A stretch of DNA of 64,000 nucleotides from Amoebophrya sp. A120 (lineage: Eukaryota > Protista > Dinoflagellata): the NCBI GenBank assembly GCA_905178155.1, contig CAJINV010000002.1, forward strand, positions 7,737,650 through 7,801,649. Direction: 5' to 3'. Each line of letters begins with the position of its first letter. Position 1 is the stretch's first letter. Under the pieces are notes generated by a model, which saw only the letters and a program-made list of their open reading frames with translations, had not been told where the DNA came from and made no database searches. Positions 9,455-20,689 of the stretch are shown piece by piece. The position numbers were made by a program, and so were the translations under genes.

Positions 9455-11743
9455 TCACACTGTGATAGCGTTGACCTGTTCCTCCGACCAATTTGACGAC
9501 CCGCCCATATACTTCATGTAGAAATTACGCCAGAAGGACGACATACCTCCCAACAATTTGCTCCCGTGCCTGAAACAGAGGTCCTCGAGCGAATTCAGCA
9601 GCTCATCAATCTTCGGCTCCTTGACATAGCGCAACAACGAGATGTCCTCCTCCCCAGGTGCAAGCTCGGCCGAAGCAAACACCTCTGTCACATTGCTCCA
9701 CCGCACGTGGCAGGTGCCGTCGCAAATGCGGCCGTCTGCGGGAAAAAAATCGTCCCAGCACTCGTCGGGAAAGTAAAACGCACGGCCGTTCTTCGGGTCC
9801 TTCATGTGGTCGCACGGATTGGAAGTGTGCACGGTTTGGCCGCTGGAGGTTTCGACGATGCGGCAAATGGCACTCGCGTACCTTTCTAGCCGGTCCCGCT
9901 TCGCCACGCAGTCCGCGAAGTCGTCGCAGCCGAAGGTCCGCGTGGTCGTGGTGGTGGTGGTGGTGGGGCTGAACACCTGGTGTACATCGAGCTTCCTGCA
10001 CGCAATCACGGACACGCACGTCAGCCCGACGTTCCTCCAGTTCTTCTCGCCGTGCCGGCCAAGCCAGTGGTGGCCGGTCATGATCCGGTACGTTTTACCC
10101 TTCTGGAACACGGTCGCATTTTCGGGGGAGAAATTCCTTTCTCGAATAAAGTGCAAGTCCGACCCGAAGGGACCCTCGTCCTCGGAGTCGTGAGAGTGGT
10201 CCTCGTCCCCCTCGTCTGGTACCATGATCATGGAACGCACACGCTGGAGTTCATTCTGCTCCACCGCCGCCATCGCGTGGCCGAATTCCGTCGCTTCCCC
10301 GGGCACGGTCGCGAGTTGGCTGGCCGCGCGGTATTTTGTAGGGTCCGTATCCGCCGTTGCAGTAGTTCCCGCGTGTCGAACACTGTAGTCCTGCATTGCT
10401 TGTTTCGAGGCGGCGAAAGGCGCGACAGCGTTGTCGTCTTCGTCCAGCAGGAAAACACCAGACGGGATGGTGGTGCTGTTTTTAATGTTGGCGAACTCGT
10501 TACTACTAGAAGTAGTGATGGCTGATCCGCCCGCCCACATGTCTGGCGTGTCGCAGTGGTAGTAGTCGTCGTCCTCGTCCTGCATCTCCTCGTTTTTGCG
10601 GCAGATGAACTCGAACCCCCCGCTGCGGTAGCGTAGCGTGATTTGCGACACGTCGCCGAGCGACTCGGGAATCGTGAACTTCCCGGTCACGGTTTCGTAC
10701 GGCGGGCCGTAGCCGCCAAAGCAAACCGGCGCGGAGTAGGCGTCGATGAAATCTTCGGGGATTCGCTTCTTGGTCTTGAAGCCGTAGAGGTAGGGGTCCC
10801 GCTCCGGGTTGATGTCGTAGTACCAGTCGGGCCTTTTGTCCTCGTTCGTTTTCTCCGACTCCCCATGGATGATCACACCGGCCTCCAACCGGGGTTCTCC
10901 GTTGTTGCTGAAGTACCGAAATTTGTCCGCCCCGTACTTGCAGGGGTCGGGCAGGTCGAACGTGGGCATCCAGCGCAGGTCGGAGTCACGGGGAACGCCG
11001 TGGAAAAGCGCGTCGTCGTGACGCAGCCAGGGCTTTGCTTTTGGGGGGCTGTAGTTTCGATAAGCTGCGGGCACCGGCGGAAGTTCTGCGGGATTTTCGG
11101 GACTTGGTAGCCCGTTGGTGGAGGCAGCGCGACGAGTTAACTTCTCCTCCAGGTTTTCGTTTTCACCAATAGTGTGGTGGCTTTTCTGTAGGAAATTCGT
11201 GCTGTCTGCGGAGTAACGATTAAAATTTTTCGCCCGGTCAAGGTCATATGCTCGGCCTGCTCGTCCTTTTTGTTCAATAAAACTGCGTCGTGAGGATTCC
11301 GACCTTTCCAGATGAAAATTCAAAAATTCGTTCTTTTCCTTGATAACTACTTCTCGCGCTGCTGACAGCTTTGGCGGAACCCGTTGATGACCATGATCTG
11401 TCGCACGACTCTTGTTCGGCGTTTTAGCTTCGGCACGAGGACGCGCGTTAAGAACTGTGTCAGTCGCGAATTTCTCCGTATACGATCTGGCAGGTACTTT
11501 CCCTGCTTTCCGAGCGGCGTTCGCGAGGAAAGCGAAAGGCTGATGCGTCGAATCTTTTGTTTTGAGATACTGTCGTTCCAATCTTTTGCGTTGGCGAGGT
11601 CCACGGTCCCTGCTCCCATCTCCAAGCCTGCTCAAAACGACAGGGGAAAACCCTTGCACCACCACAAAAATCAAATACATTACCATAGCCGAGATACGGG
11701 AAGCTGCGGAAGGAGACGAAGAGTTTCCTACAATGGAAACCAT
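9455..11743 (-). CDS. Hypothetical secreted protein, 762 aa
   Basis: ATG-initiated. Hydrophobic N-terminal segment (ISAMVMYLIFVVVQG). GC3-biased core with a Cys-containing globular domain, a Thr run and a C-terminal Cys domain. Confidence 0.75.
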   Translation of the reverse strand: MVSIVGNSSSPSAASRISAMVMYLIFVVVQGFSPVVLSRLGDGSRDRGPRQRKRLERQYLKTKDSTHQPFAFLANAARKAGKVPARSYTEKFATDTVLNARPRAEAKTPNKSRATDHGHQRVPPKLSAAREVVIKEKNEFLNFHLERSESSRRSFIEQKGRAGRAYDLDRAKNFNRYSADSTNFLQKSHHTIGENENLEEKLTRRAASTNGLPSPENPAELPPVPAAYRNYSPPKAKPWLRHDDALFHGVPRDSDLRWMPTFDLPDPCKYGADKFRYFSNNGEPRLEAGVIIHGESEKTNEDKRPDWYYDINPERDPYLYGFKTKKRIPEDFIDAYSAPVCFGGYGPPYETVTGKFTIPESLGDVSQITLRYRSGGFEFICRKNEEMQDEDDDYYHCDTPDMWAGGSAITTSSSNEFANIKNSTTIPSGVFLLDEDDNAVAPFAASKQAMQDYSVRHAGTTATADTDPTKYRAASQLATVPGEATEFGHAMAAVEQNELQRVRSMIMVPDEGDEDHSHDSEDEGPFGSDLHFIRERNFSPENATVFQKGKTYRIMTGHHWLGRHGEKNWRNVGLTCVSVIACRKLDVHQVFSPTTTTTTTTRTFGCDDFADCVAKRDRLERYASAICRIVETSSGQTVHTSNPCDHMKDPKNGRAFYFPDECWDDFFPADGRICDGTCHVRWSNVTEVFASAELAPGEEDISLLRYVKEPKIDELLNSLEDLCFRHGSKLLGGMSSFWRNFYMKYMGGSSNWSEEQVNAITV

Positions 11744-12612
11744 CGCTTTTTTTTGCGCAAAACAGGAAAGGCGAGGAACAAAAATTCAGCGTCTTTTACG
11801 GCAATATACAGGGTGTAATTGAGATTATCTTTATGGAAGCACAACTGCTAAAGATAAAGAGAGTTCTCGCCGTTCCAACACTTTTTTTACCAAGCAGAAA
11901 GGTGTTTGAGCCTGGAACTCCTTACCAGGGAGGTGGAAGAACCTGTTCGCTAGTTTCCCAATATTCAACTTCAAACACGGAAAATCACACGAAAAACCAA
12001 GATTCGAAACTACGAAAAGGTAAGCCGGTCACGAAACCAACAAATCACAGTATGCATTTCCAAGATTACGTCTGACATTGCACGAAAAAAAATGAACTTC
12101 TGCACGCAAAGATGACGACGAAGACGTTGAACGAAAGGCCTACCCAAATGCGCTGGACGAGTTTGAGTCGAAAGTTTGTAAAGATCTGACGATGTTTCGA
12201 AGCAGATGCGTCTGGGACTTTTTTGTTCACTAAACCATGAAGCACGAAAAAAGCGTCAGCACAGTGCGATTTTAGCCTTACGGCACGAGCAGAGCGATCC
12301 GATGATAATGCGCGGGGTATGAATCTTGCCTTTAAACGACGAAGAACGCGGTTCCTAGTGGAAGAGCACCAAAGACAAAGTGCTGAGCCCTGAGCGAACG
12401 ATCATGCAGCGCAGTTTTGTGAATTCTCGTAAGTAACGAAACTCATGTGCATATGATCCGCGTGGGGGGTGGCGTTTGCGTCAAGAATTAGAACTCCATG
12501 TTCGTGTACTTCCATGGCGCCGCAGGCAAAACAGCTGTTTCTGACTGTACCGCAGTAAGTAATTTAAATCTGTGGATGTCGCGCTCGCGTAGTTGCTTAT
12601 TAAAGAGTACTA

Positions 12613-15375
12613 CTATTCTGGCCATCTAAACATCAATTCCCTACCCGCTAGCAAGCAAAATGGCACTAGCGGCGCCGCTAGGACAAGGGCCAGCGTCCAC
12701 TTGTTGGAAGTTTGAGAGACTTTGGATTTTGTGCCATTTGCACTGCTCTTTTTCCCACGCGACGAAGTGCCCCCTCCGTCGGTTGACAAGTAAACGTAAA
12801 AGCAGTACTGCAGGATTCCGATGTAAAGGATATCGATCAGAACTGCCGTCACAAACCAGCTCACCAGAAGGTACAGGGAGAAAGCGCATACTAGAAAAAG
12901 CAAAGGCCGGAGCACGTAGAGTACAAATTGCGCAAACAAAACGTCCTCGGCACGTCGGTTCTTTTTCCGTCTGTTCTGCGGGGCAGAAGGTGCAGGCGGC
13001 TTTTTCGTCGTCGTGCCACCTCCATTGATAATTGCCTGCAGCGGTTTTGCTGGCAAGTAATGCTCAGTCAAGCGGGATAGTAGGCTCAGGTTGTTCGTCG
13101 TTTCTATTACGAATTCGTCATGTAACGTGGTGGAAGCTGATGTTGCAGGTCGCGGGAATTGGCTCCCGTCTGGTGGGCCTGACGAAGGATCTTCCACTGG
13201 TGTGGGCATCGTCGCTGTTTTTGTAGCCAGGGTCGTGCTTGCTGCGCCCCTGTTCCTTGTGGTCACATCCTTTACAAAAAAGTCGACCACTGACTCTGGG
13301 CAGTGGTTGTTGATTCCGTAACAGAGAAAGACCGACAGCACGCCGTGGAGGGCCATGCGAGAGAGAAAAATTTTGTTCTTCCGATGAATCTTGTCCCGGT
13401 CGCCTGGTGCGGACGACCGTTTCCTACTTGTCGGAGCAGGACCCCTCGATGACGTTGCTGTGCCTTCATCATCTGCACCAAAGAGGTACAGGTTGGTCGC
13501 CAAGTTGTCCAGTGCTCCTGGCCGGTTTGCGAGCATTTGGCTGATTCTGGCACAAAGGTGTGCTGGACCAGACTGCTGATTGCTCTGATTCGTCGAGGCG
13601 GGAGACAGGCCGCTATTGATGTTCCCACCTGTAGTTGTACAACTCTCGCTCAAAATTCTGGTCAGCTTCGCCACCGTGGTCCGCTGAATCCTCTCCTGTC
13701 GCGCGGCGCGGGCGAGCTCGCACTGGACATTCGCAACGGCAGCAACAGCTGTGTTTGCCGATGTCGTCGCTTGCAGTGTTTTAGCGGAGTCGCTTGCTTG
13801 GCCCTCTTGTTCGTCGTGCGAAACGTTCATACTGTTCGCGTCCCCAGTAAGCACCTGCCGTCTTGCCTCGCGCGCGCTCGCGAAATTCACTTGGACCGGC
13901 TTCACGCGTAACCCCAACACTCGCTTCAGCAGCAATCGCACGAACAAGTCCCGCCACAGAAGCAGTTTCACGTCGGCGTGACAAGTCGGGTCGGTATCCG
14001 TGAACAGCTGGATCAAACCGCAGAGCAACCGGTCGAGCTGCAAAAAGACAGCAGCACTCTTCGCGAAACTGGCGGTAGCAGCAAGAAGCGTCGCGACGGC
14101 CATTGGAGAAGCCTGCAGCAGCGGCAAAGCTCTCCTACTTAGAGCTTTTTCCGCAGCAGGTTGCGCCGTTGCAGTTTCTCTTGACGCAACTGCGAGACTA
14201 GTTCTTTTCCGAACAATTTTTCTTCGAAGCTTCTCGCGCTGCCGCAGAGCAGCGTCGTCGACAAGGTCGCGTTGCCGCCTCACTTCGTTCACTATGCTCC
14301 TCCCGAAACTCGTGTCAACTCGCAGCATCTCCTTGCACAGCGAGCAAAAGGGCAGCGTGAGCCGCGCCATTGCGAAAGCGCAGGCAAAACAGAAAGGCCC
14401 GTGAAGGCACGAGGGTGTTGGCCTATTTGTATGTGCGTCTGCAGCTTTTGTGTCGGATATATCGGAATCTGCCTCACCACCACCTACGAAAGATCCTCGT
14501 CTTGGTTCCTGCACTACCGGGTCACCAAAATACATGTTCCGCGCCACGTACCCGTGGTTGCTCCAAGCGCGCCGACGATCTGTTATATCGAGGTTTCCAG
14601 CAGATGACGGCACAACACCTGCTGAAACCTGGTCAGTCTCATCACCAGAACGAGGCGCGCTTATCTCAGAAGACAAATCAAATGAGCGCACTCTCCGGAC
14701 CTTGAGCACCTCAGAAAGTAGACTTTCATCGTCCTCGTCGTCGCCCACGCTAAAGAAAAAATCTTCGTCGTCGCTGTCTGTCGCCAGGAGAATCCGTTGT
14801 CGCCTTACTTGCTCCGCGATTTGCTTCTTCCTCGCCGCCCTTGGTGATAGATCAACATCATCTGCGTCGCCTACAACTTTATCACTTTTCCCCCCCTTGC
14901 TCCCTGAACAACTTCCGCTTCCTTCAACATCTGGCTCCAGTTCTACGCCAAATCTGTAGCAGCACCGGCTGCAGGTAAAATTGACCTCCTCCTTTTTCGT
15001 AGGCCTCAGCTCCTGCATGCCCACTGCTAAAAGCCGTGTGGCGCGCGCTCTCTCGTCTTCGAGGATTTTCCTTCTGCTGTACTTGCTGGTGGGCGGTTGC
15101 GCGGTCCCTGCCGACGAAGAAGCCGAGGACGCGGAGGAGGCGCCAGTCGTCCTGGACGTCGCTAGTGTCGTGGTATTGTCAACGGCGTCGGAGGCGGCGG
15201 TGGTTGCCGCTATTGATGCGGTGGCACTCTCCACCAGAGGCTCAACATTTTCAAGTCGCGGTTCTTCTGTCTCCACGATATTGTCGTCCTCTTCCTCCTC
15301 CTCCTCGTCGCTGGAAAGAACTGGCGGAGTTTCACACTCCGAAAAGAGCTCAAACTCATCCGGCACAAAGAACAT
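12613..15375 (-). CDS. Putative RING-type zinc-finger membrane protein, 920 aa
   Basis: CSRC ... CLHGPFCFAC ... CSLC fits C3HC4 with a long loop. About three hydrophobic helices near the C-terminus. Confidence 0.6.
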   Translation of the reverse strand: MFFVPDEFELFSECETPPVLSSDEEEEEEDDNIVETEEPRLENVEPLVESATASIAATTAASDAVDNTTTLATSRTTGASSASSASSSAGTAQPPTSKYSRRKILEDERARATRLLAVGMQELRPTKKEEVNFTCSRCCYRFGVELEPDVEGSGSCSGSKGGKSDKVVGDADDVDLSPRAARKKQIAEQVRRQRILLATDSDDEDFFFSVGDDEDDESLLSEVLKVRRVRSFDLSSEISAPRSGDETDQVSAGVVPSSAGNLDITDRRRAWSNHGYVARNMYFGDPVVQEPRRGSFVGGGEADSDISDTKAADAHTNRPTPSCLHGPFCFACAFAMARLTLPFCSLCKEMLRVDTSFGRSIVNEVRRQRDLVDDAALRQREKLRRKIVRKRTSLAVASRETATAQPAAEKALSRRALPLLQASPMAVATLLAATASFAKSAAVFLQLDRLLCGLIQLFTDTDPTCHADVKLLLWRDLFVRLLLKRVLGLRVKPVQVNFASAREARRQVLTGDANSMNVSHDEQEGQASDSAKTLQATTSANTAVAAVANVQCELARAARQERIQRTTVAKLTRILSESCTTTGGNINSGLSPASTNQSNQQSGPAHLCARISQMLANRPGALDNLATNLYLFGADDEGTATSSRGPAPTSRKRSSAPGDRDKIHRKNKIFLSRMALHGVLSVFLCYGINNHCPESVVDFFVKDVTTRNRGAASTTLATKTATMPTPVEDPSSGPPDGSQFPRPATSASTTLHDEFVIETTNNLSLLSRLTEHYLPAKPLQAIINGGGTTTKKPPAPSAPQNRRKKNRRAEDVLFAQFVLYVLRPLLFLVCAFSLYLLVSWFVTAVLIDILYIGILQYCFYVYLSTDGGGTSSRGKKSSANGTKSKVSQTSNKWTLALVLAAPLVPFCLLAGRELMFRWPE

Positions 15376-15542
15376 CTTCTCCTCGCAGTTTTACGCGTTA
15401 GTTGCGTTGCTCGATTACGATTCAACCTCACGCTGCGGTCGTTATATTTCCGCACTGGATGTAGAGCGAGGAACCCGGGGGCGGTAAGAGGTGAAGTTCT
15501 ATATGCACCTCCTGCTTAATGGTTTGTCGTACTTTACTCAGG

Positions 15543-15848
15543 CTAAGTAGTCATCTCCCCCGGGCGCTTCCGGCAATTGCGGATCCATTCGTCGACGAGT
15601 TTTTGCAACACACCCTCACATCCAGGCGTTACCAGCAAATAATCTTTCCGTGAGCCGTCGACGATGTACTCACTGCTGAGGTTGCGCTTCAGGTAGATCA
15701 GGGTGGGGAGGTCGGTCTGAACCATGATGGCTTCCACTTCGTCGATGCCCGGACCGATGGGCGCGCTTTGGTGTGGGTTCTGCCGCTTCAACGAAGTCTG
15801 CGGGTTCAGGAGCGCGCCAGGAGGATCTTGGTGGTGGAACCCAGACAT
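15543..15848 (-). CDS. Small protein resembling TFIIH subunit TFB5/p8
   Basis: AIMVQTDLPTLIYLKRNLSSEYIVDGSRKDYLLVTPGCEGVLQKLVDEWIRN follows the TFB5 pattern (GVLI.CDP..K..L......FII.D.DD.H.FV......LQ..V.E). Recognised by eye only. Confidence 0.45.
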   Translation of the reverse strand: MSGFHHQDPPGALLNPQTSLKRQNPHQSAPIGPGIDEVEAIMVQTDLPTLIYLKRNLSSEYIVDGSRKDYLLVTPGCEGVLQKLVDEWIRNCRKRPGEMTT

Positions 15849-16411
15849 TTATTCCGCTTTCAAAATTCGACGACGAGGGGCAGACAATTTCAAAATTTTC
15901 GCCAGTAGAGGTGCGCGGCTAGATTGTGGGTATGTATTATGCAGCACGTCCACGTACGAAAAGACTATTTGTGTATAATAAATTCGAAAGTGAAAAAATC
16001 AGTAAATCAGATCCGGCTTGTGTAGAACCAGTAGAGCCAAATTGCGTGAGTGTCCACGTAGATCTGCAGAAAGTAGAAAAAACGGCACCGTCGCTGGTAG
16101 AAGAAATTTAAAGTGAAATAGACCGTCAAAAATCAATCGAAGAAAAAAGCGCCCAGAGCGCGCTCTTGCATAGAATGGTGGATCGATGGCGCATCTGGTC
16201 GTGATCCATCCTTAATCACAAAAACGCGACCTGCTCATGTCATTTTTCGACAAGTAAAAAGCAGACGCTTCATCTTCGGGTTAACATTCTCGTAGGATGT
16301 CGGGCTACTCCTGCGTTCGCCTTTATCAAACCGGTGTCTTTATGTGTCGGTCCATGTAAGTAGTCCACCTCTTTCATATGCGTTCGCATTCTTATGCTCT
16401 TTAGATATGTT

Positions 16412-19400
16412 TCACAGCTCTTCCTCCTGCCCCTGCCCGGAGGACGTTTTCTTCACTCGTCCGTCTTTTCTCGCCGTCGCCACTGACCCTGTCACACGAC
16501 CACCCGCAGTTTGTTGACCGGTGGTAGCTATCAAGCCCTTGTTCCCTGTGTAATGCTCCGTATCCTGTGCAAAAGTATCGTACTCGTACTAATTGCAGAT
16601 ATGCATGACAAATGAAATCCAATTTTCTACCTGAAATAGCATGACAAATTGCATTTTTGTTCTTGGAAAAATTTGTAATGCAATTTATACTAATACGATA
16701 GTTTTGCAATGCATACTCCGGGTCCTGCAGCAACACGTAGGCAACTGCGGTCCACCCAGTGAACGGGATCGCCCCAGTGCCCTCGCCGGTGATCGGATCG
16801 TAGTTTTCGTGGAAATTTCCGGACTTTTCAAAGTTCCTCTCGATATTTTTCAGGAAATTTGTTCGCAGCGTAGCCCCGGCGTCCGGCGATTTCCCGTCGG
16901 AATTGAAAAGGTCAAAATGACTGCGTGTGGAGGTGCTGGGCCTCGTCGTGTTTGCTTGTTCCTCTCCAGGTTCTTTCGAGGAAAAGGAGCTGCTTTTGAG
17001 GATCGTGAGCAGATTCAGGTTGGCCCAAATTTTCCCGCGCCAGTAATTCTCCCCCTTGCCCGCCAGCGCGTCAGACTTGGCCAACGATCGGATTCCGTAC
17101 TTGGTCACGAGCTCGGCCTTTACTTTCTTCCCGACCGCCCCACTAGTCTTTTCGATCATCTGACGACTGAAAGGCGAGGAGAGGGCACTACTTTGATGTT
17201 CCTCGTTTATTCCGGAACTATCATCAGCTTCCCCGCCGAAAACAACCTCGGGGAACATAAACGGCAGTAGATTCACGTAGCCGAAGTGCGGACTGTGAAT
17301 TTTCTTGAGATTGTCCTTGTACTCTTTCCTCTTTTCCAAAGGCTTCTCGTACTTCACGCACTGCGGACAGTTGCAGTAGTCGGGACTGGCGCCGCACCAG
17401 CCGGACGGGCTGCAACACTCGCCCACCGGGCACTCCACCCCCGCTCGGGGGTTGCACTGCCCATTTCCATTCAGCCACGGCGGGGTCGTGATCGGCCGAT
17501 TCTTCTTGTCGTGCGGCTGCTTCCCGACGAAATCGGCGAATAGGTGCGATTTTTCATCGAAGTGGTTGTTTTTCAAAGCAGAGCGAAGGTACTGCAGCAT
17601 CAGGTCGTAGTCCAAGGGTCCTCCCGGTGCTATTACTACATCGTCAGCAGTTCTACTGGCGCTGGGACTTCTGGCAACGCCGCTGACTCTATTATTTCGT
17701 GGGCAGAAAGACTGCCAACTATTTCTTCCATCAGGAGCTGCATCCTCCGCCACTTGGATTTGCACATGGCCTGTGACAGCATCAGCAGTCGCGCTCAGCA
17801 AACCGCAGATCTCGCGCATGCTGTAGACGAGCACCATGAACCAGAGGTGGTTGTCCAGGTGGCACTCGTCGTTTTTGTTCACAAACATGCCCCGGGGGTA
17901 GTCGTCCAAGCCGGAAGACAAAACGTGTTTCTCATCCTTCCGGTCCTTCCAGCGGTAGCAGGTGAATTCGTCAATTTTGAAGGTCTTCTCCATAACGCGG
18001 GTGTCTTTTACGAGAGAAAACGGGTTGGTCGTGAGCAAGTACTGCAGAACGTTCGTCAGAGACGCCTCTCCGTCGTTCGGCAGCTGCTGGTTTCGGGGGA
18101 TTTTTGAAACGTTCTCCTGCGTCAAGTGCCACTGCTCGAGCCACTTCGCAATGTGCGGGGTGATTCTGCGGAGGAACAGGATGAACTGTTTCTGGGTGAA
18201 AGGCAATTCTGATTTTGCTTCGTCTTTCTTTTTCTGCTCCGGCTCTGGGGGATGCCCATTCAAAGTTTCGCCCTTCAAGATTGTCTTCTCCCGCTTGAAT
18301 TTTTGCAGCAGTCTCAAGACGCCCAACAGCAACGTCGGCGGGTTCATCACGCCGTATTCTTGCCCCAGAAACTGCTCCGGCACGAAGGATTCGCTTTCCT
18401 TCCCGAGCGGGATTTCCCGCGGGATCCAGCCGCTCTTCGGGTCCTGCAGGGAAAACCAACTGAAAACAATCTCGTAAAACAGCTCCACGTCCCACTCGAG
18501 GAACACGAGTAAGTGGAACCCCTCGTCCCACAGGAACCCCCGCGGGAACATCGCGCGTGCCGGAGTGCCGGTCTTAAGATGAAAAATGTCCTTCGTTCGG
18601 TACTTCTTCCCCTCGGCGTCTTTGAGGAGAAGATTGCCGGCGAACTGTCCAATGCCGCCCAGCAAACTGGCGACTGCGGACTCCAGGGTGTGTTGATTCT
18701 TGCTTCTACTAGTAGACGTTTCTGCGGCAGCTCTTTTCCCAAAGGTATTCGCGACTTTGGTGGAAAATTTTTCCTCCTCGGCCGCAAGCAATTTTTCAGT
18801 GGATAGCTGTTGTACTCCCCCAGACGAAACGGAAGTAGCGTCCGACGTCGATGTTCCTGTTTCTGACTGTATTTCAAAGCTCTGACGTGGATAATTTTTC
18901 TCGCCACCGGCACCGCTCGATGTTGTGTTCGCGGAAAAATTCAGAGGGATCCGCAGCGCAATCCAGGAGGCAGAGAGTCCGTCTTCGAGTTGGTCTTTTG
19001 CGTCAGGCTGCTTTCCGCCGTTCCTCTTCTGCTCTGCCTTTTTTCTCTTCTTGCAATCTTTCCAGACGTTCGGAAAGTCGAAATACAAACTCTTCGTTGC
19101 CTTCGTATCATCTCCGGACTGTATGGCGCAAACTTCCTTTTGCTTGTTCGCTTCTGCCGATGTGACGGAAAAGACACTCTGCGGAACTTTCGTACTATCG
19201 TTGCCTCCCGTACCTTCGGCAGAGAGGGCAAACACCTCATCATCTGCACGCTCCGTGGCCGGAAGGGGTGCTGCACTTTCAGTTTTCTTGTCATCAGCAT
19301 CACGATCATCTCCTTTCTTCACATGAAACGCCACAGTTTCATTCGTGGTTTGCCCATCCCCGGTGGTGCTGTACCAATAAAAAAACACATCGGATAAGGC

Positions 19401-20237
19401 TCCCGCTGCTGAGTTTTTGCTCTTCTTGGAAGTACTAGACTTTTTCCCCGCCGCAACTCCACCATCTGCACTTATATCCCAAACGTCTACTACCACTCGG
19501 AAGCTTGGCTGGCCCTGATTTCTGTTCGAAACACCCGAGACAAACCGAATCTTGAATTCCAGCTGCAGAGCCGTGTCGAAAATCACCTGCTCTCCGTAGT
19601 TGGCCCCGTTGTGCTTGGTCCAGCGAAATTGAACCTCCGAATAAGGAGCCGAGACTGTGTGGTGGCGGTACAGCATGTTTTTCTCCTTTTCCGACTTCTT
19701 GCCGCGCCAGGCGAGGCCAAAGTGCAAAATGGATGCGGTGGTGGGGAGCATGGACGTTGTGCCAGAGGACCCAGCAGATGCAGACGTAGACTCTTCTCCT
19801 CTATAAAAATTTTCTACCGCAGCATCAGGTTCATTCGCTGTTGACGCGGATCCACCACCAGTTCCCGATTGTGACAACGCCAGTGAAAAGTAAGTTCCTG
19901 GCCGCGTTGTTTGCCACGAAGCCTGAGAGGCACGGTACTCGGCGGAAAATGGAAATTCCACTGTTTTCCTCGTCGCAGCCCCAGAAGAAAGTGACGGAAA
20001 CACTGGCTCCGTCGCGGTTCGCTGAATTGCTGGCCTCGTGGTCGCTGTGTGCTGGCCGAAAACATTGCTCCCGGTTTCCGGTGAAAAGAGCCCGAAACCA
20101 CCAAACAATGCGGTGCCATGAAGTAGCAAAGAGAAGCTCATCGTGCACGCAAGCACGATGGTAAAAATTCGGCTCGCATTGACTGCGGGGCTGCTAGGCC
20201 TGCCAAAATGCAGCCAAGCGAGAATGGACTCCAGCAT
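16412..20237 (-). CDS. MOGS: Mannosyl-oligosaccharide glucosidase (ER glucosidase I, GH63), 2 exons (20237-16716, 16555-16412), with an inserted hevein/CBM18 module
   Basis: Motifs PARAMFPRGFLWDEGFH, GWIPRE, NPPTL, LSSGLDDYPR, HFGYVNLLP, YGIRSL, YWRGKIWANLN, FHENYDPITGEG and FTGWT. N-terminal TM anchor. The spliced C-terminus ends QEEEL*. Confidence 0.93.
16556..16715 (-). other. Non-canonical IR intron (160 nt) with 5-bp direct repeat CGGAG
   Basis: Arms tgcaaaagtatcgta (16568-16582) and tacgatagttttgca (16694-16708), 14/15 complementary. ctccg at 16556-16560 and 16716-16720. AT-rich interior. Confidence 0.75.
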
Positions 20238-20689
20238 TGTCGTCGTCGTCACAAAAATCTACTGCAAGCACGGTATTATAGTTCATACATCTTCAATGAG
20301 AAACGGGATCACGTCGAATTTTCCATGTTCTTGCACATCAGAGTTAATACGGAAGTACTTTCGACTACGACTGCATGCAACATACTAATACTAAACTGGA
20401 GACAAACATATGCTTCTGCGCTCCGCTGCTGCATTGCGAATTGGAACAAAGAGGTTTTTATTCACCAACGAGCAGTCGGCCGCTACGTACTGTGCAAAAG
20501 CAAAGCAAGTCCCCATTTCATTTTCGTAGATCTAGAGAGCTCTCAGTTTGAATAACGACAGAAAGCAGGATAAAACACATCCAATGACAATTTGGGTTCG
20601 AATCTCAACAAGAGCGATTGCGATAGGGAAACGCCCGAAATAGCGTGTAGCAAATTTGCGCAACCGCGGACCACGAGGGCGAAAGGCCG

